Source: Candidatus Altiarchaeota archaeon
Lineage (GTDB): Archaea > Altiarchaeota > Altiarchaeia > IMC4 > SCGC-AAA252-I15
DNA: 64,000 nucleotides
Direction of reading: 5' to 3'
Assembly: GCA_043800255.1 (NCBI GenBank)
Contig: JAZDNF010000013.1
Coordinates: 150,474-214,473, forward strand
A program made the position numbers and the translations under genes. This document shows positions 56,937 to 64,000 of this stretch, piece by piece. How positions within the stretch are numbered: position 1 is the first letter of the stretch; the number at the start of each line of letters is the position of its first letter. The notes beneath the pieces are model-generated. The model saw nothing but the letters and a program-made list of their open reading frames with translations. It had not been told where the DNA came from and searched no databases.

Positions 56937-57097
56937 ATGGCTAAGAAGATTATGGTCACATTAAGTGACACCCAGCACGAGAACCTCCAGAAGTCAAACG
57001 AGCTCGGAGACTCAGACGCTGAGAAGCTCAGGAACGCGTTCCTGATATACGACAACCTGAAGGACCTATTACAAGTCATAAAGAAGCTGAAAGAGTA
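56937..57097 (+). CDS. Small protein with a ribbon-helix-helix-like N-terminus (53 aa)
   Basis: MAKKIMVTLSDTQHENLQK… Preceded by the TATA-like tttatatta. Not in the ORF track because it is under 60 aa. Confidence 0.25.
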
Positions 57098-57099
57098 AG

Positions 57100-58392
57100 T
57101 CACAAGCCGACTTTAGCATCCGGCTCAGAACGTTCAGTGATCTCTCCAGAATAGGATGTCAGCATCATGTCCTTAACCATATCATGGTCCTTAGAATGAC
57201 CGAGAACCCATCCAAGCTTGACATATGCTGTCTCAGGAAGCATATCCTCACAGTATATAACCCCCATGGAGCTCAATTTCCTAAGGTTAGTGTAAACGTG
57301 AGGATGCACTCTGCCATAAAGGCATTGAGTAGTCATCGCAATCGCAATCCCCCTGTCAAGGGCCTTCTTTAACCCAGGCAAAAGCGAACCCCTGCCCTCA
57401 GTGGGCACGTGGCCTAACGCTGTTCCCTCCAGGACAATGCCATTATACTTCCTGTCAACGTAAAAATCGATGATTGCAGGGTCAACGCCAGGATATGCCT
57501 TCACGAGAGCGACCCGGTCGTCAAACTTCAAGTCGGTCTGAACCTTGCCGTCCCCTCTCTTTCGGACATCTCCTAACGGCTCTATTTTCCCGTCTGGGAG
57601 GACTTTTGCGACAGGTTCGGCGTTTATGCTCCTGAACGCATCCCTCCTGGATGTGTGCATCTTCCTGACTTTAGTCCCCAGGTGCGCATAGCAGAATTCG
57701 TCGCTAATGGAACCGTGCATCACGAGGAATACTCCAGCAGCGTCTGATGAGGCAACTGCTGTGGAGCATATCAGGTTCAGAAAGGAGTCTGCCGAACCCC
57801 GGTCAGATGAGCGCTGGGAGCCTGTGAAGACGACTGGTTTCTGGATGTTAGGTAGTAGGAAACTCATGGCAGCTGTGGAAAAATGCATGGTATCGGTGCC
57901 GTGCGTTACAACAACCCCGTCGGCGCCAGAATTCAGCTCCTTAGCTATTTCAGACGCCATTTGAAGCCATAATGAGGGGTTCATGTCCTCAGACATGACG
58001 TTCATCAGGCTCCTTGTCTTAAGGTTCGCCAGGCTTTCGAGTTCAGGCATGGTTTCAAGCAGGTCTGCGGCAGTGTAGCTGGCATAGACGCCGCCAGTCC
58101 GGTAATCGATTTTTGAGGATATTGTTCCGCCTGTGGATAGTATGGCGACTGTCCGCTTGCTGCTGTCGTGCCTAGGCGTTACCTCCTTTTTCGGCTTGCT
58201 GCCCTCTAACTTTGAGATTAGGGTGACTGTTACAATGTCATCCTCTTTGATCCCAATATTATAGCCGCTGTCAAGTTTCAGAGTCATGCGGCCAGACTCC
58301 AGGAGGGGGGTCTTTGGCATCAGGATGCCAACGTAGGAATTCCCCTTAGTCTTGACTTCAACCCTGTCGCCAGGCGCTGGTTTCGGGGGCAT
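57100..58392 (-). CDS. gatD: Glu-tRNA(Gln) amidotransferase subunit D
   Basis: 430 aa. Asparaginase-like TVAILSTGGTISS threonine motif. N-terminal archaeal GatD extension. Confidence 0.8.
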   Translation of the reverse strand: MPPKPAPGDRVEVKTKGNSYVGILMPKTPLLESGRMTLKLDSGYNIGIKEDDIVTVTLISKLEGSKPKKEVTPRHDSSKRTVAILSTGGTISSKIDYRTGGVYASYTAADLLETMPELESLANLKTRSLMNVMSEDMNPSLWLQMASEIAKELNSGADGVVVTHGTDTMHFSTAAMSFLLPNIQKPVVFTGSQRSSDRGSADSFLNLICSTAVASSDAAGVFLVMHGSISDEFCYAHLGTKVRKMHTSRRDAFRSINAEPVAKVLPDGKIEPLGDVRKRGDGKVQTDLKFDDRVALVKAYPGVDPAIIDFYVDRKYNGIVLEGTALGHVPTEGRGSLLPGLKKALDRGIAIAMTTQCLYGRVHPHVYTNLRKLSSMGVIYCEDMLPETAYVKLGWVLGHSKDHDMVKDMMLTSYSGEITERSEPDAKVGL

Positions 58393-58443
58393 GTTAGAGA
58401 TTAAGAAGCTGGTTATATATGATAAAACGCATAATTATGTTCC

Positions 58444-58611
58444 ATGGATAAAGAAGCTAAGAAGTGCACAAGCTGCGGTAAGGAAGTGCTATCAGGTTTC
58501 GTAGAATTCAAATGCCCTAACTGCAACAAAGACAAGATGGTAAGGTGTAGTTCATGCCGCACACTTGGCACACCATACACGTGCCATGAATGCGGTTTCA
58601 CCGGCCCATAA
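58444..58611 (+). CDS. Zn-ribbon protein (COG2888-like, 55 aa)
   Basis: Four CxxC pairs: CTSCG, CPNC, CSSC, CHEC. Stop overlaps the start of tsaC (TAATG). Confidence 0.45.
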   Translation: MDKEAKKCTSCGKEVLSGFVEFKCPNCNKDKMVRCSSCRTLGTPYTCHECGFTGP

Positions 58612-59177
58612 TGAGAATTCTGAAGGTTGGGGACTGGAAGAGCAGCACAGTTAGCGAAATAGCTGGAGTTATAAGGTCTGGCAGCCTCCTGGTCTACCCG
58701 ACAGACACAGTATACGGCATTGGTTGCAGCATCCTCTCAGACGCCGTAGACCGCGTCTTTGGGATAAAGGGGAGGGAGAAGAACAAACCGCTTTCTATTG
58801 CGGTCTCAAGCATGCAGATGCTGGAAGAATACGCAACAATCACTGACGAACAGAGGGCTTACATCACGAATATGCTCCAGGAACCCTACACGTTTGTGGT
58901 CAACAAGAGGAACGTTCCTGACCGCGTCACCGCAGGATTGAAGACTGTCGGCATAAGGGTTCTGTATGGGGGGGTTATGGGAGACGCCATAGCAGAGGCA
59001 GGAGTGCCGGTGGTGTCAACTAGCGCTAACGTGGCTGGACATGCCCCGCCTGCATCAGTTTCTGAGATTGATCAGAGTATCTTGGAGGCTGTGGATTTAG
59101 TTATCGACGGCGGTAGATGCCCTGTTGGGAAGCCTTCAAGGATTATAGATCTGGCGTCAGGCAGGCGTCTGAGGTAG
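58611..59177 (+). CDS. tsaC: L-threonylcarbamoyladenylate synthase (TsaC/YrdC family)
   Basis: Start MRILKV. YPTDTVYGIGC signature. About 188 aa with no Sua5 C-terminal domain. Confidence 0.75.
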   Translation: MRILKVGDWKSSTVSEIAGVIRSGSLLVYPTDTVYGIGCSILSDAVDRVFGIKGREKNKPLSIAVSSMQMLEEYATITDEQRAYITNMLQEPYTFVVNKRNVPDRVTAGLKTVGIRVLYGGVMGDAIAEAGVPVVSTSANVAGHAPPASVSEIDQSILEAVDLVIDGGRCPVGKPSRIIDLASGRRLR

Positions 59178-59178
59178 G

Positions 59179-59490
59179 TTAGCGTGTGTTCTCATCCACC
59201 CAGTCTAGGTAAGCATCGTGTCCTTTTGCCACAGAGATCATTGTTACTGCAGGAACATCGTATGAGTGCAATTTTAGGACAGCGTCCGTTATTTTCTTGA
59301 AGAGCTTCTGCTGGGTCTTGCATAGCAGAAGATGCTCGTTTTCTTTTTCTATTCCGCCCTTCCACCAGTAGACTGATTTTATCGGGAAATAGTTGGCGCA
59401 TGCTATGAGTTTTTTTTCCACAAGCGTTGCGGATATCTTCTCAGCCTCCTCTTCGCTGCCGCAGGTTATGTAGATTAGGCAGTATTTCAT
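59179..59490 (-). CDS. cutA: CutA1 divalent-cation tolerance protein
   Basis: 103 aa. YPIKSVYWWKG motif. Confidence 0.75.
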   Translation of the reverse strand: MKYCLIYITCGSEEEAEKISATLVEKKLIACANYFPIKSVYWWKGGIEKENEHLLLCKTQQKLFKKITDAVLKLHSYDVPAVTMISVAKGHDAYLDWVDENTR

Positions 59491-60353
59491 CGTCTGACCT
59501 TCATACTGTAGTCTAGTGATTGCGCTGATGATGTTATCCTGCCAACAGATATGACGTCAACCCCTGACTTCGCGTAGGCTTTGATGTTTTTCAGCGTTAC
59601 GCCGCCTGATGCTTCAAGCATAACCTTGCGCGTTAGGCCTTCGTTAGTCAGCTTGTTTACGATCTTCTTGATTTTGTTAGGTAGTAGGTTGTCTAACATC
59701 ACTATATCAGCACCCCCCAGTATTGCGTCCCTAGCGTCTTCAAAAGACGAAACCTCGACTTCAACAGCCCCAACATATCCCCTCCTGAGAGCGCTGACTG
59801 CCCGGTCAACGCTTCCGAACACAATCATATGGGTGTCCTTTATCAGGGCCATGTCAAACAGTCCAGTCCTGTGGGAGACGGCACCTCCAACAACGCACGC
59901 CTTTTTCTCGAAATACCTGAAGCCAGGAGTGGTTTTTCTGGTAGCTGCAACCCTTATTCTCGGGTTTGCCTGTTTAGCTGCGTCAACGTACTTTCTTGTC
60001 AGAGTGGATATGCCGCTCATCCGCGACAGTATGTTGAGCACCGTCCTCTCTGTCATGAGCATTTTCCTTGAATTGCCATTAAGGCCTAGAACGATGTCCC
60101 CTTTCTCCACCCTAGAACCGTCCTTCATGGCCTTTGCCACTTTGATGTCGTACATTGACAGAAGTACCTTAACTTCAACGACGCCGGACAGCACGCCTGA
60201 AGAATTTGAGATAACCTCCGCGTAAACGCGTCGGTTGGGAATGTTTTCAGAGGTAACGTCGCCGGAACCTATGTCCTCGCTTAAAATCCGGACGAACATC
60301 TTCCTCAACTCTGCACTGGTTGGATGGAAAAGTCTGGGGTAGGGGTTAGACAT
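59487..60353 (-). CDS. nadC: Nicotinate-nucleotide pyrophosphorylase (carboxylating) / quinolinate phosphoribosyltransferase
   Basis: 288 aa. VAATRKTTPGFR. MLDN. Confidence 0.85.
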   Translation of the reverse strand: MSNPYPRLFHPTSAELRKMFVRILSEDIGSGDVTSENIPNRRVYAEVISNSSGVLSGVVEVKVLLSMYDIKVAKAMKDGSRVEKGDIVLGLNGNSRKMLMTERTVLNILSRMSGISTLTRKYVDAAKQANPRIRVAATRKTTPGFRYFEKKACVVGGAVSHRTGLFDMALIKDTHMIVFGSVDRAVSALRRGYVGAVEVEVSSFEDARDAILGGADIVMLDNLLPNKIKKIVNKLTNEGLTRKVMLEASGGVTLKNIKAYAKSGVDVISVGRITSSAQSLDYSMKVRR

Positions 60354-60382
60354 TTTAGAAGGGATAGGAGAATAGGTTAGAA

Positions 60383-60652
60383 TCAGAGTTTGGCGGATGT
60401 TGGAGCCTTTTGGATTAGCACTATATCGCCGACTTCAATAACATCGTCAAATGGAACGCTCTCACTCTGGAGTATGCGCTTAACCTCATTGCTTGACAGT
60501 GAGGTGTCCCTGAAGGGCTTCAGGCTCAGACGCATTATCTCTCCCTTGTCAAGGTTTAGTATCACATCCTGCACTTTGCCAACATAACCTGCTTTTTGAG
60601 TGTAAATGTCCAATCCGTAAAACTCTGAAAGTCTTTTACTCATATAAATCAC
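60383..60652 (-). CDS. PRC-barrel domain protein
   Basis: 89 aa. LxG…VGKVxDV pattern. Confidence 0.5.
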   Translation of the reverse strand: MIYMSKRLSEFYGLDIYTQKAGYVGKVQDVILNLDKGEIMRLSLKPFRDTSLSSNEVKRILQSESVPFDDVIEVGDIVLIQKAPTSAKL

Positions 60653-60728
60653 TCTTATAGATAGTAATTAATAAAAGGATTAGTATAAAAATTACGGTGG
60701 GAGGGGGTCACTTCCTGTATTCTGCAAA

Positions 60729-62024
60729 ATGTCTAAGAACCATGAGGTTGATGTCCTGCTGGTGAATCCCGGGTATTTGAGAGGGCACAAGCAGGCAACC
60801 CATCAGTCATATCCTCTCGGGCTGGCTTATCTGGCAGCTAACTTGGAGAAGAATGGCCTGAGAACTGAGATCATTGACTGCGGATTAGACGATATCCGAA
60901 AATCTGGGGAGTTGAGGCCGACGATTGTCGGCGTCTCCGTTCTGACTCCGGTCCTGAGGGAAGCATATGATACTATAAGGTATCTGCAGAAGTTTCTCCC
61001 TGATGCGGAGATAATAGTCGGAGGCGTCCACATAACGGCAGATCCTGGCATAATAGAGCCGCTGAGCGTCAGGCATGGGCTCAGAGGCGACTCTGAGGAC
61101 ACTATCGTAGACCTGTGCCAGAGGATACGAGATGGCAGGACGCCAAGGGATGAGGGTCTCGTTAGCAACGACACCGGAGTGGTGAAACATGGCAGTATCC
61201 ACTATGTTAAAGACCTTGACAGCCTGCCTTACCCAATTTTCACTTCTAAATCGATCAAACGGTATCGCTTCCATCCGATAGTGACATCGAGGGGTTGTCC
61301 CTACTCCTGTGTCTATTGTTCTCTTGCGTGCACTCCACTGCGCTTCAGAAGCGTTGATAATGTCATTGGCGAGATGGATTACTTGGTGAAGGAGTTTGGA
61401 ATCAAACGTCTGGATTTTGTGGATGATACGTTCACAATCGACCAGGATAGGATAGTGCAGCTTCTGGATGCATTACAACAGAAAAGAATTAACCTGACAA
61501 TGGCATGCACTACGCGGGTTGATCTGGTTGACGAACGTCTCTTAACTGATATGAAAAAAGCGGGCATAGGGTACATATCTTTTGGCGTTGAAAGCGGGGT
61601 TGAACGTGTTAGGGCTGCTCTGGGAAAGGACATACCAAATCGACAATATGAGACTGTTTTTGAGCTGTGTAAGAAGCTGGGAATTAGAACACGAGCGTAC
61701 GTTATGTTTGGAAACCCTACTGAAACTGTTGATGACATGGAGAGGACCGTCCACTTCATAAAGAAAATAAAGCCTGATGACACGGTATTCCGCATTACAG
61801 ATGTCGTCCCAAACTCGAAACTGTTCACTATCATGAAAAGAAGAGGTTTGATTGAGGATAGTGCGTGGAAAGAGTACATGTTAGGTAGATTGAGCTATCC
61901 GGTTTTTATCCCGGAGAGTTTGAACTCGGTGGACATTACGAACTTTTATGAGAGTGTGGAGGTAGATTTTTATCTTAGTAGGGAGTATATTATGAGAAAG
62001 ATACGTTCTCTTCTAGGGGTATGA
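60729..62024 (+). CDS. B12-binding domain radical SAM protein
   Basis: 431 aa. N-terminal cobalamin-binding fold VDVLLVNP… Then CPYSCVYC (CxxxCxxC). Confidence 0.75.
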   Translation: MSKNHEVDVLLVNPGYLRGHKQATHQSYPLGLAYLAANLEKNGLRTEIIDCGLDDIRKSGELRPTIVGVSVLTPVLREAYDTIRYLQKFLPDAEIIVGGVHITADPGIIEPLSVRHGLRGDSEDTIVDLCQRIRDGRTPRDEGLVSNDTGVVKHGSIHYVKDLDSLPYPIFTSKSIKRYRFHPIVTSRGCPYSCVYCSLACTPLRFRSVDNVIGEMDYLVKEFGIKRLDFVDDTFTIDQDRIVQLLDALQQKRINLTMACTTRVDLVDERLLTDMKKAGIGYISFGVESGVERVRAALGKDIPNRQYETVFELCKKLGIRTRAYVMFGNPTETVDDMERTVHFIKKIKPDDTVFRITDVVPNSKLFTIMKRRGLIEDSAWKEYMLGRLSYPVFIPESLNSVDITNFYESVEVDFYLSREYIMRKIRSLLGV

Positions 62025-62836
62025 AAATAGGATTGATAGGTTGCGGTAATATCGGTCAGATCATAGCAGATCACGTTCAGAAAGGTGTTATCGGAAATGC
62101 CAGAATAATAGCTGTGTTTGACACAGATGATGAAAAACTACGCATCTTCGCAAGCAAGTTCCCTGGGAAGGTTTGTATTTGTCACAGTATCAAAGAATTT
62201 CTTGATTGGGGGGATTATGATGTCGTTGTTGAGGCAGCCTCTCAGGAGGCAGTCAAAAAGTATCTTGTCAGCATAATTGATCGAGGCTTTGACGTTATGG
62301 TGTTAAGCGTCGGCGCCCTTCTTGATACACAGGTGTATAACCAAGTGCTTGACGCTCTTCGCAAGAGGAAAGCCCATATCTACTTTCCCTCTGGGGCAAT
62401 CTGTGGGTTGGATGGCATAACAGCGGCTTCGCTTGGAGAAATAAAAAAGGCAGCTATAACGACAACAAAACCAACCTCAACATTAATGGACGTCCCCCAT
62501 GTCAAAAAATCAGGGATAGAGTTAGATAAACTCAAAAAATCAATGACTGTGTTTAAGGGCACATCGTCTGACGCCGTGCAATTGTTCCCAAAGAATATCA
62601 ACGTATGCGCTGTTCTATCATTGGCGTTAGGTAGGGAAGTTGACGTAGAGATAATAGCAGACCCTAAGACAAAAGTGAACACCCATGAGATTGTAGTAGA
62701 GGGAGACTTTGGTAGGATAACAACTAGAACGTCTAATCTACCCTCACCAAACAACCCGAAAACATCTTATCTGGCTGCGCTGTCGGCGGTGAGAACTCTG
62801 AAAAATATCGGGGAGAGTATACGTATTGGAACTTAA
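62021..62836 (+). CDS. nadX: L-aspartate dehydrogenase
   Basis: 271 aa. MKIGLIGCGNIG Rossmann. Overlaps the upstream gene's stop (ATGA). Confidence 0.7.
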   Translation: MKIGLIGCGNIGQIIADHVQKGVIGNARIIAVFDTDDEKLRIFASKFPGKVCICHSIKEFLDWGDYDVVVEAASQEAVKKYLVSIIDRGFDVMVLSVGALLDTQVYNQVLDALRKRKAHIYFPSGAICGLDGITAASLGEIKKAAITTTKPTSTLMDVPHVKKSGIELDKLKKSMTVFKGTSSDAVQLFPKNINVCAVLSLALGREVDVEIIADPKTKVNTHEIVVEGDFGRITTRTSNLPSPNNPKTSYLAALSAVRTLKNIGESIRIGT

Positions 62837-62838
62837 CC

Positions 62839-63126
62839 CTACTCTACTACATTAAGTTTCCCGAATTTTCCTGTGCTTACCTGAAGTTCGCCTCTGTATT
62901 CCTTCACCCAACCATTCTCTATTGACAGCTTCTGGCCTACACTCACTGCATCGACTTGATCATTCCATAACGTCAATTTGACCTGACCAGTGTCGTCCTT
63001 TATCATCGCGTTAGCGACTCTGCCGCTGCCCCTGAAGTTCGTGAATTCCCTGGGTTCTTCAACGGAAACGACCTCAACCTCCAGTAAGTCGAAGCTGCTG
63101 TTCGGTTGTAAATCCTTTACATTCAT
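62839..63126 (-). CDS. OB-fold nucleic-acid-binding protein (short RPA/SSB-like)
   Basis: 95 aa, single OB-fold pattern. Confidence 0.5.
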   Translation of the reverse strand: MNVKDLQPNSSFDLLEVEVVSVEEPREFTNFRGSGRVANAMIKDDTGQVKLTLWNDQVDAVSVGQKLSIENGWVKEYRGELQVSTGKFGKLNVVE

Positions 63127-63163
63127 AGTAATACCATAATTATTACCAAAAGCACTATAAAAA

Positions 63164-64000
63164 CTAATCCTCTCCGCTTTCTACCCCCTCTTTCTGTTTT
63201 TTAGGCTTGACGTCTTTACCCTCCCTGAAGGCTTCGCCGAGGGCTGCCATGCCTCCCAGAACTCCTGAAGTCTCCAGCGGGAGGAATATCTTGTTAGCGC
63301 TGCCCTCAGAAATCTTTTCCAGAGCCTCAAGATACTTCAAAGTCAGTATGTCCTTGTCTGGTTTGCCCTTGTGTATTGAGTCGAACACTTTCTGAATCGC
63401 AGAGCCCTCACCATCTGCCAGCATAATCTGTTTCTGCCGGTCGGCGTCTGCTATGGTTATCGTAGCTTTGGCAGTGCCCTCAGCCCGCAATATCTGAGAT
63501 TGCCTATCCCCTTCTGCAGTTAGTATGTTAGCCTTCTTATTACCTTCAGCTTCAAGTATTGCGGCCCGTTTCGTACGCTCTGCCTTCATCTGCCTGCTCA
63601 TGGCCTCCACAATGTCCCTTGGAGGTTCTATCTTCTGTATCTCAACCCGGGTAACCCTGACACCCCACTTGTCTGTGGCGTCATCAAGTATCTGCCTGAG
63701 TTCGAGGTTTATCTTCTCCCTCGATGCAAGAGTTTCATCAAGTTTCATGTCACCCATGATGTTCCTCAGGTTGGTTTGCGCCAGCTTTATCGCAGCACCC
63801 TCAAACTGGGCAACATTATATATCACCTTAAACGGGTCGACAACCTGGTAGTAGATGACCGCGTCAACCCCGACTCCGACGTTATCCTTTGTTATGACCT
63901 CCTGCGCCGGAACGTCTATGAACGTTTCCCTCATATCAACCTTATGCACTTCTTCAACAAACGGGAGTATGAAATTCAACCCAGAGCCGAGGGAGCGGTT
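63164..64000 (-). CDS. SPFH/band-7 (stomatin/prohibitin-like) protein. The N-terminus probably extends beyond the window edge.
   Basis: The reading frame is open to position 64000. Contains the coiled-coil and EA-repeat region typical of band-7 proteins. Confidence 0.7.
   Translation of the reverse strand, partial: NRSLGSGLNFILPFVEEVHKVDMRETFIDVPAQEVITKDNVGVGVDAVIYYQVVDPFKVIYNVAQFEGAAIKLAQTNLRNIMGDMKLDETLASREKINLELRQILDDATDKWGVRVTRVEIQKIEPPRDIVEAMSRQMKAERTKRAAILEAEGNKKANILTAEGDRQSQILRAEGTAKATITIADADRQKQIMLADGEGSAIQKVFDSIHKGKPDKDILTLKYLEALEKISEGSANKIFLPLETSGVLGGMAALGEAFREGKDVKPKKQKEGVESGED

Noticed and set aside
1-64000. CRISPR arrays, rRNA genes, transposases and integrases
   Set aside because: No regularly spaced 25-40 bp direct repeats are present. 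No rRNA-like conserved stretches are present. No DDE, tyrosine or serine recombinase motifs appear in any ORF.

Overview
This is a 64 kb window of archaeal chromosome. The evidence is AT-rich TATA-like intergenic regions, genes for TiaS, GatD, Orc1/Cdc6-like and Nre, and N-glycosylation (Agl)-type genes. Genes are dense on both strands and many overlap by 4-8 nt. I found no rRNA or tRNA genes, no CRISPR array, and no transposase or integrase. Reading left to right:

- 0-18 kb: a compositionally mosaic cell-surface glycosylation island. It has a nonulosonate-type cytidylyltransferase, an epimerase and a DegT aminotransferase, a Wzx-like flippase, GT4 and GT2 glycosyltransferases, and four large polytopic membrane proteins. 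A low-GC AbiEi/AbiEii toxin-antitoxin cassette is inserted between 18-bp direct repeats.
- 18-21 kb: a conserved three-gene redox operon (DUF1667 protein plus two FAD oxidoreductases).
- 21-27.5 kb: a cluster of large secreted or surface proteins. These include a beta-helix protein with MopE-like Cys repeats and a poly-Thr linker, and a secreted PHP phosphoesterase fused to CARDB domains.
- 27.5-28.3 kb: a HEPN/MNT toxin-antitoxin pair.
- 28-47 kb: housekeeping genes. These are ArgC/LysY, an Lhr helicase with a metallophosphoesterase, an internally duplicated double-AAA ATPase, TrkA/TrkH, Nre, Nfu, NadA, a class II B12-dependent ribonucleotide reductase translationally coupled to a corrinoid adenosyltransferase, and IscS/IscU.
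- 47.5-49.6 kb: an NrdD-like (class III) ribonucleotide reductase homolog that appears to lack the C-terminal zinc-ribbon and glycyl-radical domain.
- 49.6-64 kb: PhoU with a Na/Pi transporter, an orphan DNA methyltransferase coupled to TiaS, a divergent Orc1/Cdc6-like gene preceded by a dense TGACTTA/TAAGTCA repeat cluster (candidate replication origin), GatD, TsaC, CutA, NadC, a B12-radical-SAM protein, NadX, and an SPFH protein.

All functional calls rest on motifs I recognise in the translated ORFs. No database search was possible.
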